From assembly GCA_900088475.1 (NCBI GenBank), contig FLMG01002637.1, positions 8,312-72,311 on the forward strand: a DNA stretch of 64,000 nt, read 5' to 3'. The first letter of the stretch is position 1. The number at the start of each line of letters is the position of its first letter. Shown piece after piece: positions 32,824-44,989 of the stretch. This DNA comes from Hyphochytrium catenoides (lineage: Eukaryota > Protista > Hyphochytriomycota). The translations under genes were made by a program, and so were the position numbers. The notes under the pieces are model-generated. The model saw only the letters and a program-made list of their open reading frames with translations, ran no database searches and was not told the DNA's origin.

Positions 32824-34677
32824 TCATCGTCGACGGGCCTGCTTTTTACGGAATCTTGTGTATGGATCCAGCATCAGCTTCAGAATCTCATTGTCGACAG
32901 GCTCCCAGAAGAACTGCTCAGCCATTTGTTCCCTAGAGGCAGAGAGAAGAGATTTTTTCATCGCATTGCTGATGTTAATCTCTAGCGGCATACCATCCGC
33001 TATAAACGTTGCCATCATTTCCATAGAGGTCGCCAGTCGCTTATCTGCCGTCATTGATTTTTCGCGGAAAGCCATAGATTGGTCGTAATAAATAAGCTTC
33101 TCGCAGCAGAACTCAGAGACAAGAAACGATTGAAACGTGGCTCGCGCTCCAATGGTACAAGTGTCAAGAAAGCTCTTAAGCTCTTTTGCGGAGTGCACCG
33201 GAGGAGACTCTGTCTTCTCCTCCACTTTGTTGTGGTCCCCTCCATGAATCTCCTTCCCACGTGGTTGAATATTCTTGTTGTTGCCCTTCTTCTCATTGGA
33301 CGGTATGATGCTCTTCTCTGGCTTTTGTTGTTCATCTTCGGAAACGGGTAAAATTTGATGTCTTGACACCGAGGTTGAAGCGAGTCTTAGAAACCTCTCT
33401 TTCCACAAATGCCACTCATTGTTATATGAAGTGACTATCAGAGACACGCTGAAGACCCAGCTGTAGAGATGCAGGCCAAAGGCGCCGACAATGGAGAGGA
33501 GATCCAGCAGATTGTAATAGAGCTCTGAGTCTGTCTCTTCGAGACTGGCCGGGACGAAAGAGTAGGTCGCTGTCAGTGCCATGGAAGCGGAGGCAGCGTC
33601 GAGCCGTCGGCGCATATGGAACGACTCTTTAACCTGAGGCAAGAGGACGAGCGGGCAAAGAATCCAGAGAAGCTGGTAGAAGACACAGTTGACTTGATCG
33701 AAAGAGGCCTGAGGAGGACGACAGTCAGAACCACAAAAATTTAGTACGCAAATGGAACCAGATAGAGGTTATGGAAGCCTAGAAAGACATGTATGTAGGA
33801 GATGGTGTCGAACGGGAAAGGAAGAGCGGCAGGCAGACAAACCAATAGACCTAGAAAGAGACTTGAAGACCTTGATTGGACCGATGTGTGCACAGGCCTG
33901 GCATACCCATACAGTGAGAAGAGCAAGGGGCATTCTTCATCGACCACCTCAAACCCGCCGCAAGAAAGGAACTTATAAGTAAGACATGTCGGTCCTTACC
34001 CCTAAGCTCGTCTGCTGGCAATGCTCGAAGTCCGCATATGGTACTGTCCAGTCCTCAACCTCAAACACACTACGAATTACGCCCATCCAGCTCTCTCCCC
34101 ATACAACCAACGCTAAGGGAACTAACAGCCATCTGCTCTCCAGCTTTTATCTGTGCCGCAATAGGAATGTCCGCGTGTTTCCGGCAGCCAAGTCCTGCTG
34201 GCACTTACTATCTAGATATAGCTTCACTGTGCAGTAGACCAACAGGAACGTGACTGGGAAGTAGATCGCGTCCCAGAAGAGAAAGGGGAACCAGCAGGGC
34301 GTGCTTTCTGGCATAAAGTAATATGCCACGTAGGCCCATACCTGGAAAGGGATAGTGCATTCGATGAAGACTAACGCTCGGACATCTAGGAGGTAAAGCG
34401 GGTACGTCTTCCGCCTCCGAATGAGAAGGAGAATGCTAGGGATGGATACCAGAAACGCCGAAATACAGATAGCGAGGCAGGTTGTCGAAGCCGTGGCTGC
34501 AAGCAAAAGAGTAAACGATGAGGAAGTAACCTCTTCAGGGCTCCCGGCGGTACCGCTTGCACTGCCATATGAACTTTCACTGCTACTGCTACTCTCGCTC
34601 CCTTCACCGCCATCAGCAACAAGCACTGACGAGTCGAAGGAAAAGGAAGAAGACTCCTGCCACAGGCTGCTTATCAT
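32824..34677 (-). pseudogene. 7TM-RGS protein (AtRGS1-like architecture) with one in-frame TAA; probable exons 34677-34000 and 33708-32824
   Basis: Seven hydrophobic segments result if reading continues through TAA 34149-34147 (..LLRHR*KLESRWLLVPLALVVWG..) and splices gtaagg(33999)...cctcag(33709). C-terminal RGS box: F.SFLVSEFCCEKL, FI.DG.PLEINIS, EILKLMLDPYTRF. An extra small exon between 33999 and 33709 cannot be excluded. Confidence 0.7.
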
Positions 34678-36362
34678 TGGATGATGATGGAGGTGGAGAT
34701 GATTGCAATTATCCGAACAAAGGGTCAGGAACAGTCTTGACTCCCTGGAACATTATTTATCAGCGTATCGCTTACACTCCGTCTCGAAGGCTCTGATGTC
34801 TCTTTTTCTGCTCAGGCACTTCTTGCGGGACTACTACTCGAGTACTGTTTTTATAGAGCTCCTCCACTTTGTAAGACATTGATTGTTGAGGAGTGCACAG
34901 AGGAAAAAAGACTCAAGTTCGTGCCGGAGATGGGCACATTCATGGCTTTCTGAATAATGGAGTCCTGCAGGCGGGAGGTGCAAGAGGTGGAGTATTGAGT
35001 GGAAGTAATGGAACCTAGTCAAGAGGAAGATAGTGGCCCTTCTTCTTCTGCTGTCTTGCTGCTTCATGTTGCGATCAGCAAACAAGGGGAAGGAAGGCCT
35101 GCAGAGCCACCAAGAGAAAGAATTCACTGGGCGGCGCGGCACATCCCTCCTCCTCCCCCATCAAGATGATGGGAAGCCCCTACCTAGCGTTGGATGCGAA
35201 GCCCATACAGAAGCGGGTTTAATTCTCTTTTTTCTAAAAACACTTATTTATATGATTTATCACAATAAATCCACCAGTTCGGAAGGGTAATAAGTCGCCA
35301 TACCATCGCTCTTGGAATTTTTTATCATCACTTATTAGTTTGTTACGCTTTTATTACGAGTATGAAAAGAAATATTCCACGAGCCGTTACACTCAGCCCT
35401 GTACTACGAGCCTCGAAGCAAGGAGCTTCTCAGTAATAAGTGGCCGTGCATTGCTGCAGGCTCCAGTGTCCAGCTAAAGCTTGAGCTTTCTTCAGTAAAA
35501 GAATACGGAAGACATAATCCTGATAAAGAACAAGGAGGGCAGTTCGGCTGCACTTGCCAAGCTGTTAGTAGTTGCAGAGCTCGTGCGATGAACATGGTCC
35601 CGTGGGCAGATCTTAGGGATTTGGAGCTGTCAGCCGCTTCTTTAGTCTGATGGGAAACTTTCCCACGAGGTCCATATGCAGGCCAATAATTTTACTCGGG
35701 GAGCACCGCCGCAACAGGCGCCCACACGCACCATCCTCGAGCATTTATTATTACTGGTTGGATGATCCCGTCTCGCGTCCATGCTCTCATGATCTATTGT
35801 ATAAACCTTAGAAAGAATCCAGATGCATGCAATTGCAAAAAACCCTTTAGATTAGGCTCGTCTCAGCTCGCCCTGCACCTAGGTTCAAATTGCACTCTCT
35901 TCTCAGGCTCGCCAGAACGTACTACTAGAGAGAAGGCTCTCACTGTTGCGTGGAAGATGTATCTGTCGCCCCTTTCCTCCCTTGAAAGATAATATTCTTT
36001 AGAGGTAGCGAGAACAGACAAGTTGTGCTTAACCCGAACGGCTAATGACAATGCTTTTCATATATCTTAGCACTCCTTTCCTGAGTGCCAGAAATAAACT
36101 CACTAAGGAGAGCGGTACCTTCAAGCATGTGTGCAGGAAACAAAAAGACTTACAAAGATTATCGCTTACAGGTTAAAAGGAGGCCTTACAGGCAGGCAAT
36201 ATAATAAATAAGCCCCTAAGCAGGTAAGAAGGATGCAAGGAGATCTAGATTGTTAATGACATGAGCCATCAAGCTAGGCGCGGCCGGAAAGGAAGATGAG
36301 AGAAAACCACGTAAGTAAGAGTTATAATGATGTAGGGGGAAGGTAGTAGCCTCAGCTGCGGC

Positions 36363-37747
36363 TTAGTAAGCCCCTCTGCGCGATGAGAAACTTTGACTAG
36401 GGCCCTGTGGGCCTCTTGCGACACGGAAAGAGGTCCCTCTCTGCGACTGGAATACTTCATTGAAAGAGGAGAGTGAGGCTGAGGAGGAGACTGTGGACAC
36501 TGAAGAGAGAGAGGACGCTGACGAACTTCTACGCCGAGTCTCAGCAGGCAGTAGAGAAGAGCACGAAGGTGCCTCCCAACGCCATGGCCTGCTGTCAGCA
36601 TCGCTACTGCTGCGCCAGGACCGTCCTTCTTCAGGTGGGGAGAAGAGAGCCTTCACTTTCTTAGCGGCAGATGAAGTCCGACTCCCTGATGACAGCTGAC
36701 GAGTCCTAGAGGAAGAAGAAGGTGATCCATGAGACCTCCTGCCTTGGGCGCCGTTTGCCGTGGAGTTGCGGCGCTGGAGAGATGGGTGATGCGTAGCAGT
36801 GGAGGAGGAAGGGTCAGATTTCTTATGGCATACAGTGATGCCGTCATAATCTGGGCCGAAGGTCCGCGCAATGGACTCGTACGACATGACCGCACACCGA
36901 GCCTCCTCGGCAGCGTCAAACTCTACTGTGGCATAGAGCTCGTTATTGACGTCATTCACCTTATCTTCTGCAGTGCAGTTACTGCGCAGACCAGGTTGGA
37001 ACACACGCGCAACTCGCACACGTCCAAAGCCAGAGAACTGCTCAGTGAGGCTGGAGATAGTGGGATTGGACTTGAGGTTGCGGATGACGATGGTTCTAGC
37101 TGCAATTTCCTCAAGATCAACCTTAGGAAGGGGTGCAATCCTTCTGACTCTGGTGGCGTCAGCATTAAGCTGAAGTGCCTTGGAAGTCTTCAGCGCTTCA
37201 ACAACGACAGACATATCCCTTGTGATGCGCTTAACCCGCTTGAATTCCGCAATATGCTTGATGCGCACTGATGATGAGAAAAAGAGGATCAGGGGATAAG
37301 AAGTAGACGTTAGAATAACCAGGTTCAGGGATGTTCGGAGGCTCGCACTTGCTACTCACCAAAGCCATTTTCATCCATCTTGCGGGTCAGGTAGTTATCC
37401 GTAGGGAGGCTCTCGTCGCTAAAGTAGAACTCAATTTGCTTCCGAATGGCATCAAGCATGCTTTCAGGAGAAAGAAGCTGAGCGAGTGGCGGTTGATAAT
37501 TGCCGTCCTGCTTGGCTAATGGTTGGTTGGGAGAAAGCTTCTTGTCGGAGGCTGCTGGTGTCCTCCATCTCTTAGGAAAACCATCTTCACGATCATCCTC
37601 ATGTTGATTGTTGCGAAGCCTCTGTAACGCTGGAAGCGCCGTGTGATCACCTTTCGTAGGGCAAAGGTTGTGTGCATTGCGAAAGAAAGAAGAAGAGTCA
37701 TGCAATGGTTCCAAAGCTGGGACAACGCAAAGCTCGACCGATGCCAT
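36363..37747 (-). CDS. LARP6: La-related protein, LARP6-like (La motif + RRM + C-terminal LSA/SUZ-C motif); exons 37747-37360 and 37267-36363
   Basis: La motif IRKQIEFYFSDESLPTDNYL..KM...GF|V.IKHIAEFKRVK is joined across intron gtgagt...cag. RRM: RTIVIRNL, FSGFG.V, YATVEFD. C-terminal RVARGPQGPSQSF resembles the LARP6 LSA motif. Confidence 0.8.
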
Positions 37748-39149
37748 TTTGTCTAATAAGAAGATTGTGTTGTCGGTAGTTCAAAGAGGAAAGAAGAGGA
37801 GACGTAGGTTAACGCTGGGTGAAGAGAAGAGACAGAAGAAGCTCAACTTCTTGTGGGGATAGTAGAAGTTGAGTTTGTCTGCTTCTGACCAGCTGATGAG
37901 GTCTTGTACTTTCTCTTGTGGAGAGTAGAGAAAATAAAGAAGTGAGGCGCTATTGCATCATAGGAAGCAGCACTGTTGTTGAGGATCACCAAGCATGAAG
38001 TCCGGAAAAAAGAAGCGAGATAGTGTTTCTAAAGTCTTACACTTTATTAGGGTTAGAAGGTGGGCAAATGCTGCGTGCACTTGCTATCATGATGAATCCC
38101 CCTCCTCCTACAGCCACTCTGGAAGTAAGCAAACTTGTCCGTATGCTTCACTTGCAAGGCGCTGTGAGGCTAGACTACGACTAGTAAGAAAAGGACTAAT
38201 AAGAAGGTTTTTAAAATAATCAAACTTATGGGCAGCGAACCATTTACCACTGGCTGCATCAGTACAATGCTAGTGCGTATGACTGAGTAGTCATAGTTGG
38301 GAAAGACAAGCACAGCAGTAGTGTAGACCAAATGTAAGAACTACAGAAGCCATGTAGCAAAGTTAAGCCATACACAGCAGAGGAGATAGGGAGGACATGT
38401 GAGCTGGAGAGCTCTAGCGGTTCTATTATTATTCCAAGCACCAGAGGCGCAGTGAAAGAGTTCAGTCAGCCCCGGAAGCAGCATCCTAAGGCCCAGACAT
38501 CAAAGGGACTGACTGTATGATGAGAACTGGTGACCAGATTCACTTCTCCTCCTTACAAGTAGTCTCTTGAAGCTCATCAAGCCAGTGGATGTGTGATGCT
38601 TCTGGTGTGGCTGTGGTCCACATCCTCGTCTTCTACACGAAGACGAAGAGACTAGGTAAACCTACTTGCTGGTGGTGTCCTAGGAGCAACAAAGACCCTA
38701 CAACTATGCAGAAGATCTCGATAATGATACATCTGCGAGCGAGAGCAGAGTCAACTTGACAAGAAGTAGGCAATCTTGGCTGCGAAGGCTGTTCGCGCTT
38801 ACTATATCTTAGTCCCTTACGCGGGCGATCAGCCACAGTCGTAATCCTGCGTCTCTGCCCTGCTTGATGCCCGCCTTTGCTGCCCTTCACTGCCGGGAAA
38901 ACTCAAGCATCTCTAGTCTGTTATTGGGAAAGGGATTGTTCTGTTTCCAAAGACAAAGGCAGATAGTTATATCACGAAGGATAGCTTAAGACAAAGATAG
39001 TCTATTACGAGCAGCTTCACCGACTTGAGTGAAAAGAGAAGACGAACTTGTTCACTTCTCACGAGCCAACAACACCGATGATTAACCACCACTGCCCTTT
39101 CACCAGGACTCCGAATAGAAATGCAAGGATCTATGTCAGCTTATGTTAA

Positions 39150-40010
39150 AATCTTCTGAGGATAGGAGGCACCGTCCACGGCAGATCTCTACCGCCCTGG
39201 CGAAGGCATAGTTAGTTAGTAGAAGTGCCTTAAGCTTCGAAGGTGGTCGAACGATTTGTCTGGCCTCAAAAGCTACCTGACCTTATGAGAATCTCTATAA
39301 AGTGGCCTAGTCCACGTCCTTTGTCCTGTGGCACCAAAACTGCAAAGGATGTTCAGATAACAGAGGGAGTGGCGAGAAACAGTCCCCTACTTCCACATCA
39401 GTGTACCGCAGTAGAACTGCAGCGCATCTTCCCCCATGAACCGGACTTCATGCTGTGCTTCTTATCTAGACCTCCGCCAGTTAACACTACCGTTCTTCAA
39501 AGAAGCTGAAGCCATAGCCCTGACTAAAGGGAGAGATCTATAGACACGAAGAACTTCTTCAGTAGACACTATCTTTAGAGTGTTCAGTTGGAGACGGTGT
39601 GGAACTCCTTAATGGTAAGACAAAGAGGATCTTCAATGTCTATGATGAGACTCTCAGCCTCTTTTTGCGGTGTGGAAGATGCTATTCACTCTCTACCAAG
39701 TCTGGTATGATTGAAGCTGTCGACCTCTTCAAAAACATACCTATCCTGATCACAAAAGGACAATCATAAGATAGTCACCCAAAACAGCCAAAGACTGATC
39801 AAAGAGAGGCTATAAGGTACAAACTTTGGGTCCAGTACTTTGTCCACCCTTTGATGGGTTGTAAGCCATCAAACGGCCCCAGGGCAATAATGATGTGTGA
39901 TGATCAGGAAACCTCCAGCAGAATCCAGAACACATTGCTTTGCTAAGCACTGAAAGGCAAGATACTTCGTAGATAGAAAGGGAAGTCCAAGGCTTGCTCT
40001 ACACATGTGG
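39150..40010 (+). mobile_element. Very degenerate Ty3/gypsy integrase/chromodomain relic (tentative)
   Basis: Stop-riddled fragments appear in the expected order: VVERFVWP (integrase zinc-binding region), LGPVLCPPFDGL (GPY/F-like) and KARYFVDRKG (chromodomain-like). Confidence 0.3.
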
Positions 40011-41476
40011 TGCGATGCGATGTAGAAAGGGACGTTTGTGTGAGAGTAACGGCTGCTCCCGCTCTATTATTGGCCTCGGACTACCAAGTCATTCCCGTTG
40101 TCACCGTGATAAGCTCTCCTTCAGTTGCCGTTCCCCTGAAGGTTTCCAAAGCCTTCTCATTGCAGGCTAAGAAAAGTACACCACGAACTAAGAGTAAGAA
40201 GGAGGCTCGCAATCTTTCATATTTTATCCTTCCCCCTCAATGCAAAGTATTCTTCTGCACCGTTGTGACCAAAGGACACAGACAAACCAATCCAGCAACG
40301 CATTTCTAATGTGGGTTCTATTTGTGGCAATCATTGCGTACGAGCTGTTCCCTGTAACACCATCTCTTGCCTGAAAGTCCGGAATGGGTGGGGCGGAGAT
40401 GGTAAACTGGACTCTAAAGTTTCAAAAGCTTCATCTCCTTTCTATCTAAATCTATGGGAAATCACTTCTTGAAAGATACGAATGTACTACAGACGCTGCA
40501 ACAAACGAACGAAGGTTAGCTAAGCAGAAACTGGCTCTTGATGGTCTGCAATGGCGTGATCAGGGCTAAGCTGCTTAAGATGGGTAATAAGACTAGGCAA
40601 GGCTGAGGGCAGCCTTAGACCCTAAAGAGACAAGCGATGAGTGGCGTTTGAGCAGTGATGGTTCTTCAGTAACGCCCCCTCGGTGTGAAAAGGAAGGTGA
40701 CAGAGAAGTGAACGGTAGAGAGACAGAGGGACAGAAAGAGACAAGCAGACGCAAACAAAGGACACCCAAATGTACCATCAAAGGGAGAGGGTAGACGGAG
40801 ACAGAGCGTCGGAGGAGATGAGAAAACCTGGAGAAGAAGGGCATTCAGAGAGAGAAAGAATCAGAGGAAGGGATGTGAATGAACGTTACTCCCTCTGCAC
40901 CGGATCTCCCCTATTTTCAGCCGCAGCTGCACCAAAAACTGCAGTATCCGCCTGGTCCTCTGACTCTGCCTCTCCCTAGAGACTTTGAGCTCTTGCTTGC
41001 AAAGACTCCTTTAGCATTCTGATTCTTGTGCATGGCGTTATGATCTTCCAAGTCATTGCACAGAGGAAAGAGCCGTTGTCCACCCCTGGTGGTATTGAAA
41101 AGGCTCAGGAGCCACTTGGAGCCAGCTCTTTTCCAACCATCACTATGATAGGAAGCCTCCTCTCCGCCCACGATCTGATCTGTCCCCAAACTCCGCTTGC
41201 GCTTGTATAATAGTTCTTATGAGTCTTCCTCTTCAATTCCCACTCACTCTTCTACTCCTCTACAAAAGACCAGCTGAGGCGTGATAAAAAGCAGTCACAA
41301 GTAATAGCGAAACCCCTCGTAGTGTGACTGTTCACCCTCACAGCCTGCTAAGTTTCACTCACAGCCGGGCTGTCAGCCGTCACTCATCAAATTTCCGCCT
41401 ACTGGCCACCTCTCACCAATCTACTCTCAACCAGTGTAACAAAGAAGAAAGCACGTCGTTCTCTCAACCACAGACG

Positions 41477-42073
41477 ATGGCACTTCTCAACAGCACTAAC
41501 GCTCTTAGCCTTGGCACTAAGGCGGCAGTACCCACACCACGCCGCCGCCATCTCAACCGCCAGCGATGCATCGTTGAAGGATGTCAAAAGTTTGCTAGAG
41601 GATTGGAAGGTGTCTGCATCCGCCACGGTGGCCAGGGCAACAAACTCTGCCAGGTCCCAGGATGCATTCACCAAGTACGCAAAGGAGGCGTCTGCGTAAA
41701 GCATGGCGCTGAGAAGAGGCTCTGCAGCAAGCCCAACTGCAACAGAACTCTCTACTCTAAGGGTTTATGCTTTGGCCACCACCGTTCCCACTTTGGCAAG
41801 AGCTCTCCTACCAACAGCCAGTCCACAGCTGTTCAGTCTGCACAAGTCCAAGCCCCTCTCGCTTTCAGATCACCTGCCGATGAACTCTTTTTCCAACTCT
41901 TCGATGTAGAAAACCATGGCCCCGCTATTGACCATGAAGCAGTTCTCTCAGCCTACGAGGGTGCACTTCTGAAGAGTACACCCGAGGTTTGCTTCTCCGT
42001 GGAGGAGTCAGTGTTCATGGACCTCACCAATATCTTCACTGCGCCCCCAAGTGATGCGGTTTTTGTTTTCTAA
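41477..42073 (+). CDS. WRKY19-like zinc-finger repeat protein (three C-x4-C...C-x2-H units)
   Basis: ATG at 41477. Units CIVEGCQKFARGLEGVCIRHGG, CQVPGCIHQVRKGGVCVKHGA and CSKPNCNRTLYSKGLCFGH, followed by an acidic/aromatic C-terminus. Confidence 0.8.
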   Translation: MALLNSTNALSLGTKAAVPTPRRRHLNRQRCIVEGCQKFARGLEGVCIRHGGQGNKLCQVPGCIHQVRKGGVCVKHGAEKRLCSKPNCNRTLYSKGLCFGHHRSHFGKSSPTNSQSTAVQSAQVQAPLAFRSPADELFFQLFDVENHGPAIDHEAVLSAYEGALLKSTPEVCFSVEESVFMDLTNIFTAPPSDAVFVF

Positions 42074-43339
42074 GCCACCACCCTGTCTTCAGGTCTCTCC
42101 CAAGTCTAGCGTTGTATCTGTTACTTCTTTCACACGTTCCCCATTCCCACATCAACTATCTGCCCGCGTTCATCATGCCAATGATGACAGCTAGCACTCA
42201 TCCCTCGCGGGATTACAAAGCTTGCGGTCATGAGCTCACACACCACCTATAATTTATGAAGATGACTCTACAGCATGCTGGCCGCCAATGCGCGTGTCCG
42301 TTGTATAATTCATCGCGTACCTTCTTTTTATAGAGATCAAAAGAAGAGGCTACCCTTACTATTCAAACCTTCAATGAAAAATTGTGAACTATCAATGATA
42401 TGCTCTCAGATGTGATTCTTCGGCTACCAGGCTGATAGGTTGCCACTAGGCCCTCTAAATTAAGTTCACAATCTCCCAGATAGAGGCTGACTACTAGAAG
42501 ATTTGCGATCGTGGCCGCTCTTGATGATTATGGAATACCTAGAATCTAGGGGAGACGCAAGTCATCCCTGGAAGTGCCAACTCTACTTCGCGATCCACAG
42601 TCCCTGCTGAGGTCTTTCTTATTATCACGTGAGCCACGACAGTAGTAGTTGTTGGGAAGAAAACGTCTTTCGAAGTAAGCTATTGACAGTAGTAAACCCA
42701 GATCAAGAGCCAACTGAGTGTGATTAGGATTGAAGAAATGATTCTTCTTACTCTCCTGAGCGTGATGCGGTATTCCTCATCATATGAGGAATGATAGTTA
42801 AAGTGCTCTTACCGCGACAAAATTACCTTCTAGTTCGAAGCTAACCTCCCATCCTTTCTTGTGGGAGTGATCCAGCGGCAAGAAGGAATTAATGTCCTTT
42901 TGCTGGTGAAGGTTGCTTTCAATGTCACGACCAGAGTCGCACAAGCTTACTACTTCCTGATATAAATAAGTGAATTAGCACGAGGAGCCATATCTTCATC
43001 CTTCTCATTCTAATGAGGGCCGGCTCCTTGAAGTCCTCTTATAGGCTGCCAACTCAAGAAGCGTTATAGATTAGCTTTAACGGCAAGCTGTGGTCGTTGC
43101 AACGTTACCACGCGAGCTAGGTGGTGTCTGTTGCCTTGTTTATTATTTATAAAAGAGAAGCATGATGTGCATCATCGCGACTGAAAAATAGTCTTATGAA
43201 TGAAATGATACACCAATGATATGTAGCCTGTATATTTTAAAGGTTATATAAAGAAGACTCTCTGGGCAATTGCGAAGACGTGCTGTTATCTTCCATCATT
43301 GCCAATAGATCTTTCGTGACAACTAAGTGTTTCAGTGGA

Positions 43340-44989
43340 CTAATCATCTTTCTGTCCACGAAGAGAACCATGCTGCTTGTCTCCTTGAACCATCATCATC
43401 TGTTGCTGCTGATTGTTCTTCTGTTCCCCGTTATTTTGTATGGGAGCGAGGGTATTAACGCCCTGGCCAGCTCCTCCCACCTGATTCTTCATGTTGTTGT
43501 TGCCACCGGCGGCTGGAGGTGGTGTCGTAAGCACCTGAACCGTCATAGGTGCAGCTGTGGCTCCTCCCTGTCCCTTGTTATTCTTGTTCATGTTATCCTT
43601 ATTGGCACCGTTGTTATTATTATTGGCTGGTGCCGTGGTGATGTGCTGGTTGTTATTCATGCCTCCACCTTTGCCCTTGTTGTTATTGTTGACAGGTGCA
43701 GTGGTCACTGCTGGTGCCGTCTGCTGCTGGTTCTTATTTTTGTCATTCTTGTTATTATTGGCAGGTGCTGTGGTCATTGCTGCTGCTGTCTGTTGCTGCT
43801 GCTGGTTCTTGTTATTGTTATTCTTGTTATTGTTTGCAGGCGCAGTGGTGACCGCTGGTGCTGTTTGCTGTTGCTGCTGCTGATTCTTGTTCTTGTCATT
43901 CTTGTTGTTATTGGCAGGTGCCGTGGTCGCTGCTGGTGCTGTCTGCTGCTGGTGGTTCATGTTGTTATTATTGGCAGGTGCGGTGGTGACTACTGGTGCT
44001 GTCTGCTGCTGGTGTCCTCCCATATTGTTGTTCCCGTTGTCAGCAACTGGTGCAAGAGTTATTACAGCCGGAGCAGTGGTCTGTGCACCTCCTGCTGGAG
44101 GTGCAGTGGTTTGCGCAGCTCCTTCAGCGGGCGGCGCAGTGGTCAAGACCGCGACAGTGACGGGTGCTGTGGTTGCTCCTGCTCCTTGTTGGTTTTGATG
44201 CTTCTGCTTTTTCTCAAGCTTTTTCTTGTTGTTTTTCTGTTGTTGTTTCTGCTGCTGCTGCTGTTGGTAGATCAGAACGCAGTCCGGCAAGTTCACATTG
44301 TTATTGTTGGCCGGGGGGGCCGTAGCTGCTGGAGCAGTAGCGGTAGCCGCTGCTGGAGCGGTGGTAGTAGCTGCACCGGCCCCATTGCTGTTATTCGGCG
44401 CGGTAGTTGGTTGCTGCTTACCGTTGTTGTTGGCTCCAGCGCCTTGCTGATCATTGTTATTCTGTTGACCGGCGTTGCCTTGCTGAGGCGGCAGCTGTGC
44501 TTTTTGAGTCTTGAGGTTGTTCAGCTGGTCGGGATTGTCCTTCAAGAACTGGTCCAAGTTGCAGGCAGGATCAAACCCTTGAATGGCCCCGACAAGCTCT
44601 GGATTCTTTGGTGGTTGTGGGCAAATCTTAGAGCAAGGATTAGCGTTGGCAAAAGGGTCTACATTCTTCTCTGCCTTTCGGAAGTTGACAGCGGCATCAA
44701 TACAAGCTTGCGGGAGGTTGTTACCCTTGGCAAAGTCAATCATCTGGTCCGCCAGGTTTTGCTGGTCACATTCACCTGCGCCGCCTAGCAAAGTGGATAC
44801 CGCTTGACCAGCGAAGGTTGCAAGCTTACCATTAATGTCGCCAGATACGCCAGTTGCGCAGTTTCGAATGCCATTCAGGATGCCATCTGGATTCTGCTGT
44901 CCGAAACGAGCATCTACACCGGTATGAAGCAGAGTCAAGTGGGCGGCAGAGATCGCTGCGGTGAGTCTGAGAATGACGGAGAGCTTCAT
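43340..44989 (-). CDS. Secreted 'RFGQ'-family Cys-containing protein with a long Q/N/T/A/P-rich repetitive tail, intronless
   Basis: ATG at 44989, signal peptide ending VDA|RFGQQNP. Motifs G.AVSTLLGGA..C.Q...AD, AEKNVDPF, IC...P..PEL.G....FDPA resemble a fungal secreted family as I recall it. Confidence 0.75.
   Translation of the reverse strand: MKLSVILRLTAAISAAHLTLLHTGVDARFGQQNPDGILNGIRNCATGVSGDINGKLATFAGQAVSTLLGGAGECDQQNLADQMIDFAKGNNLPQACIDAAVNFRKAEKNVDPFANANPCSKICPQPPKNPELVGAIQGFDPACNLDQFLKDNPDQLNNLKTQKAQLPPQQGNAGQQNNNDQQGAGANNNGKQQPTTAPNNSNGAGAATTTAPAAATATAPAATAPPANNNNVNLPDCVLIYQQQQQQKQQQKNNKKKLEKKQKHQNQQGAGATTAPVTVAVLTTAPPAEGAAQTTAPPAGGAQTTAPAVITLAPVADNGNNNMGGHQQQTAPVVTTAPANNNNMNHQQQTAPAATTAPANNNKNDKNKNQQQQQQTAPAVTTAPANNNKNNNNKNQQQQQTAAAMTTAPANNNKNDKNKNQQQTAPAVTTAPVNNNNKGKGGGMNNNQHITTAPANNNNNGANKDNMNKNNKGQGGATAAPMTVQVLTTPPPAAGGNNNMKNQVGGAGQGVNTLAPIQNNGEQKNNQQQQMMMVQGDKQHGSLRGQKDD
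43590..44030 (-). repeat. Coding degenerate tandem repeat, ~20-aa unit QQQTAPAVTTAPANNN(K/M)N, about 6 copies
   Basis: Directly visible in both the translation and the DNA (tgctggtgctgtctgctgctg / gttgttattattggcaggtgc units). Confidence 0.85.

Noticed and set aside
34147-34149. Possible stop-codon reassignment (TAA as sense)
   Set aside because: TAA and TAG terminate several clear genes here (GH47, LARP6-like, zinc finger, both Reelers), and long ORFs contain no internal TAA/TAG.
43280-44788. 502-aa plus-strand Leu/Val/Cys-rich ORF
   Set aside because: Antisense shadow of the Q/N/T/A repeat gene; the opposite strand has the signal peptide and conserved domain.
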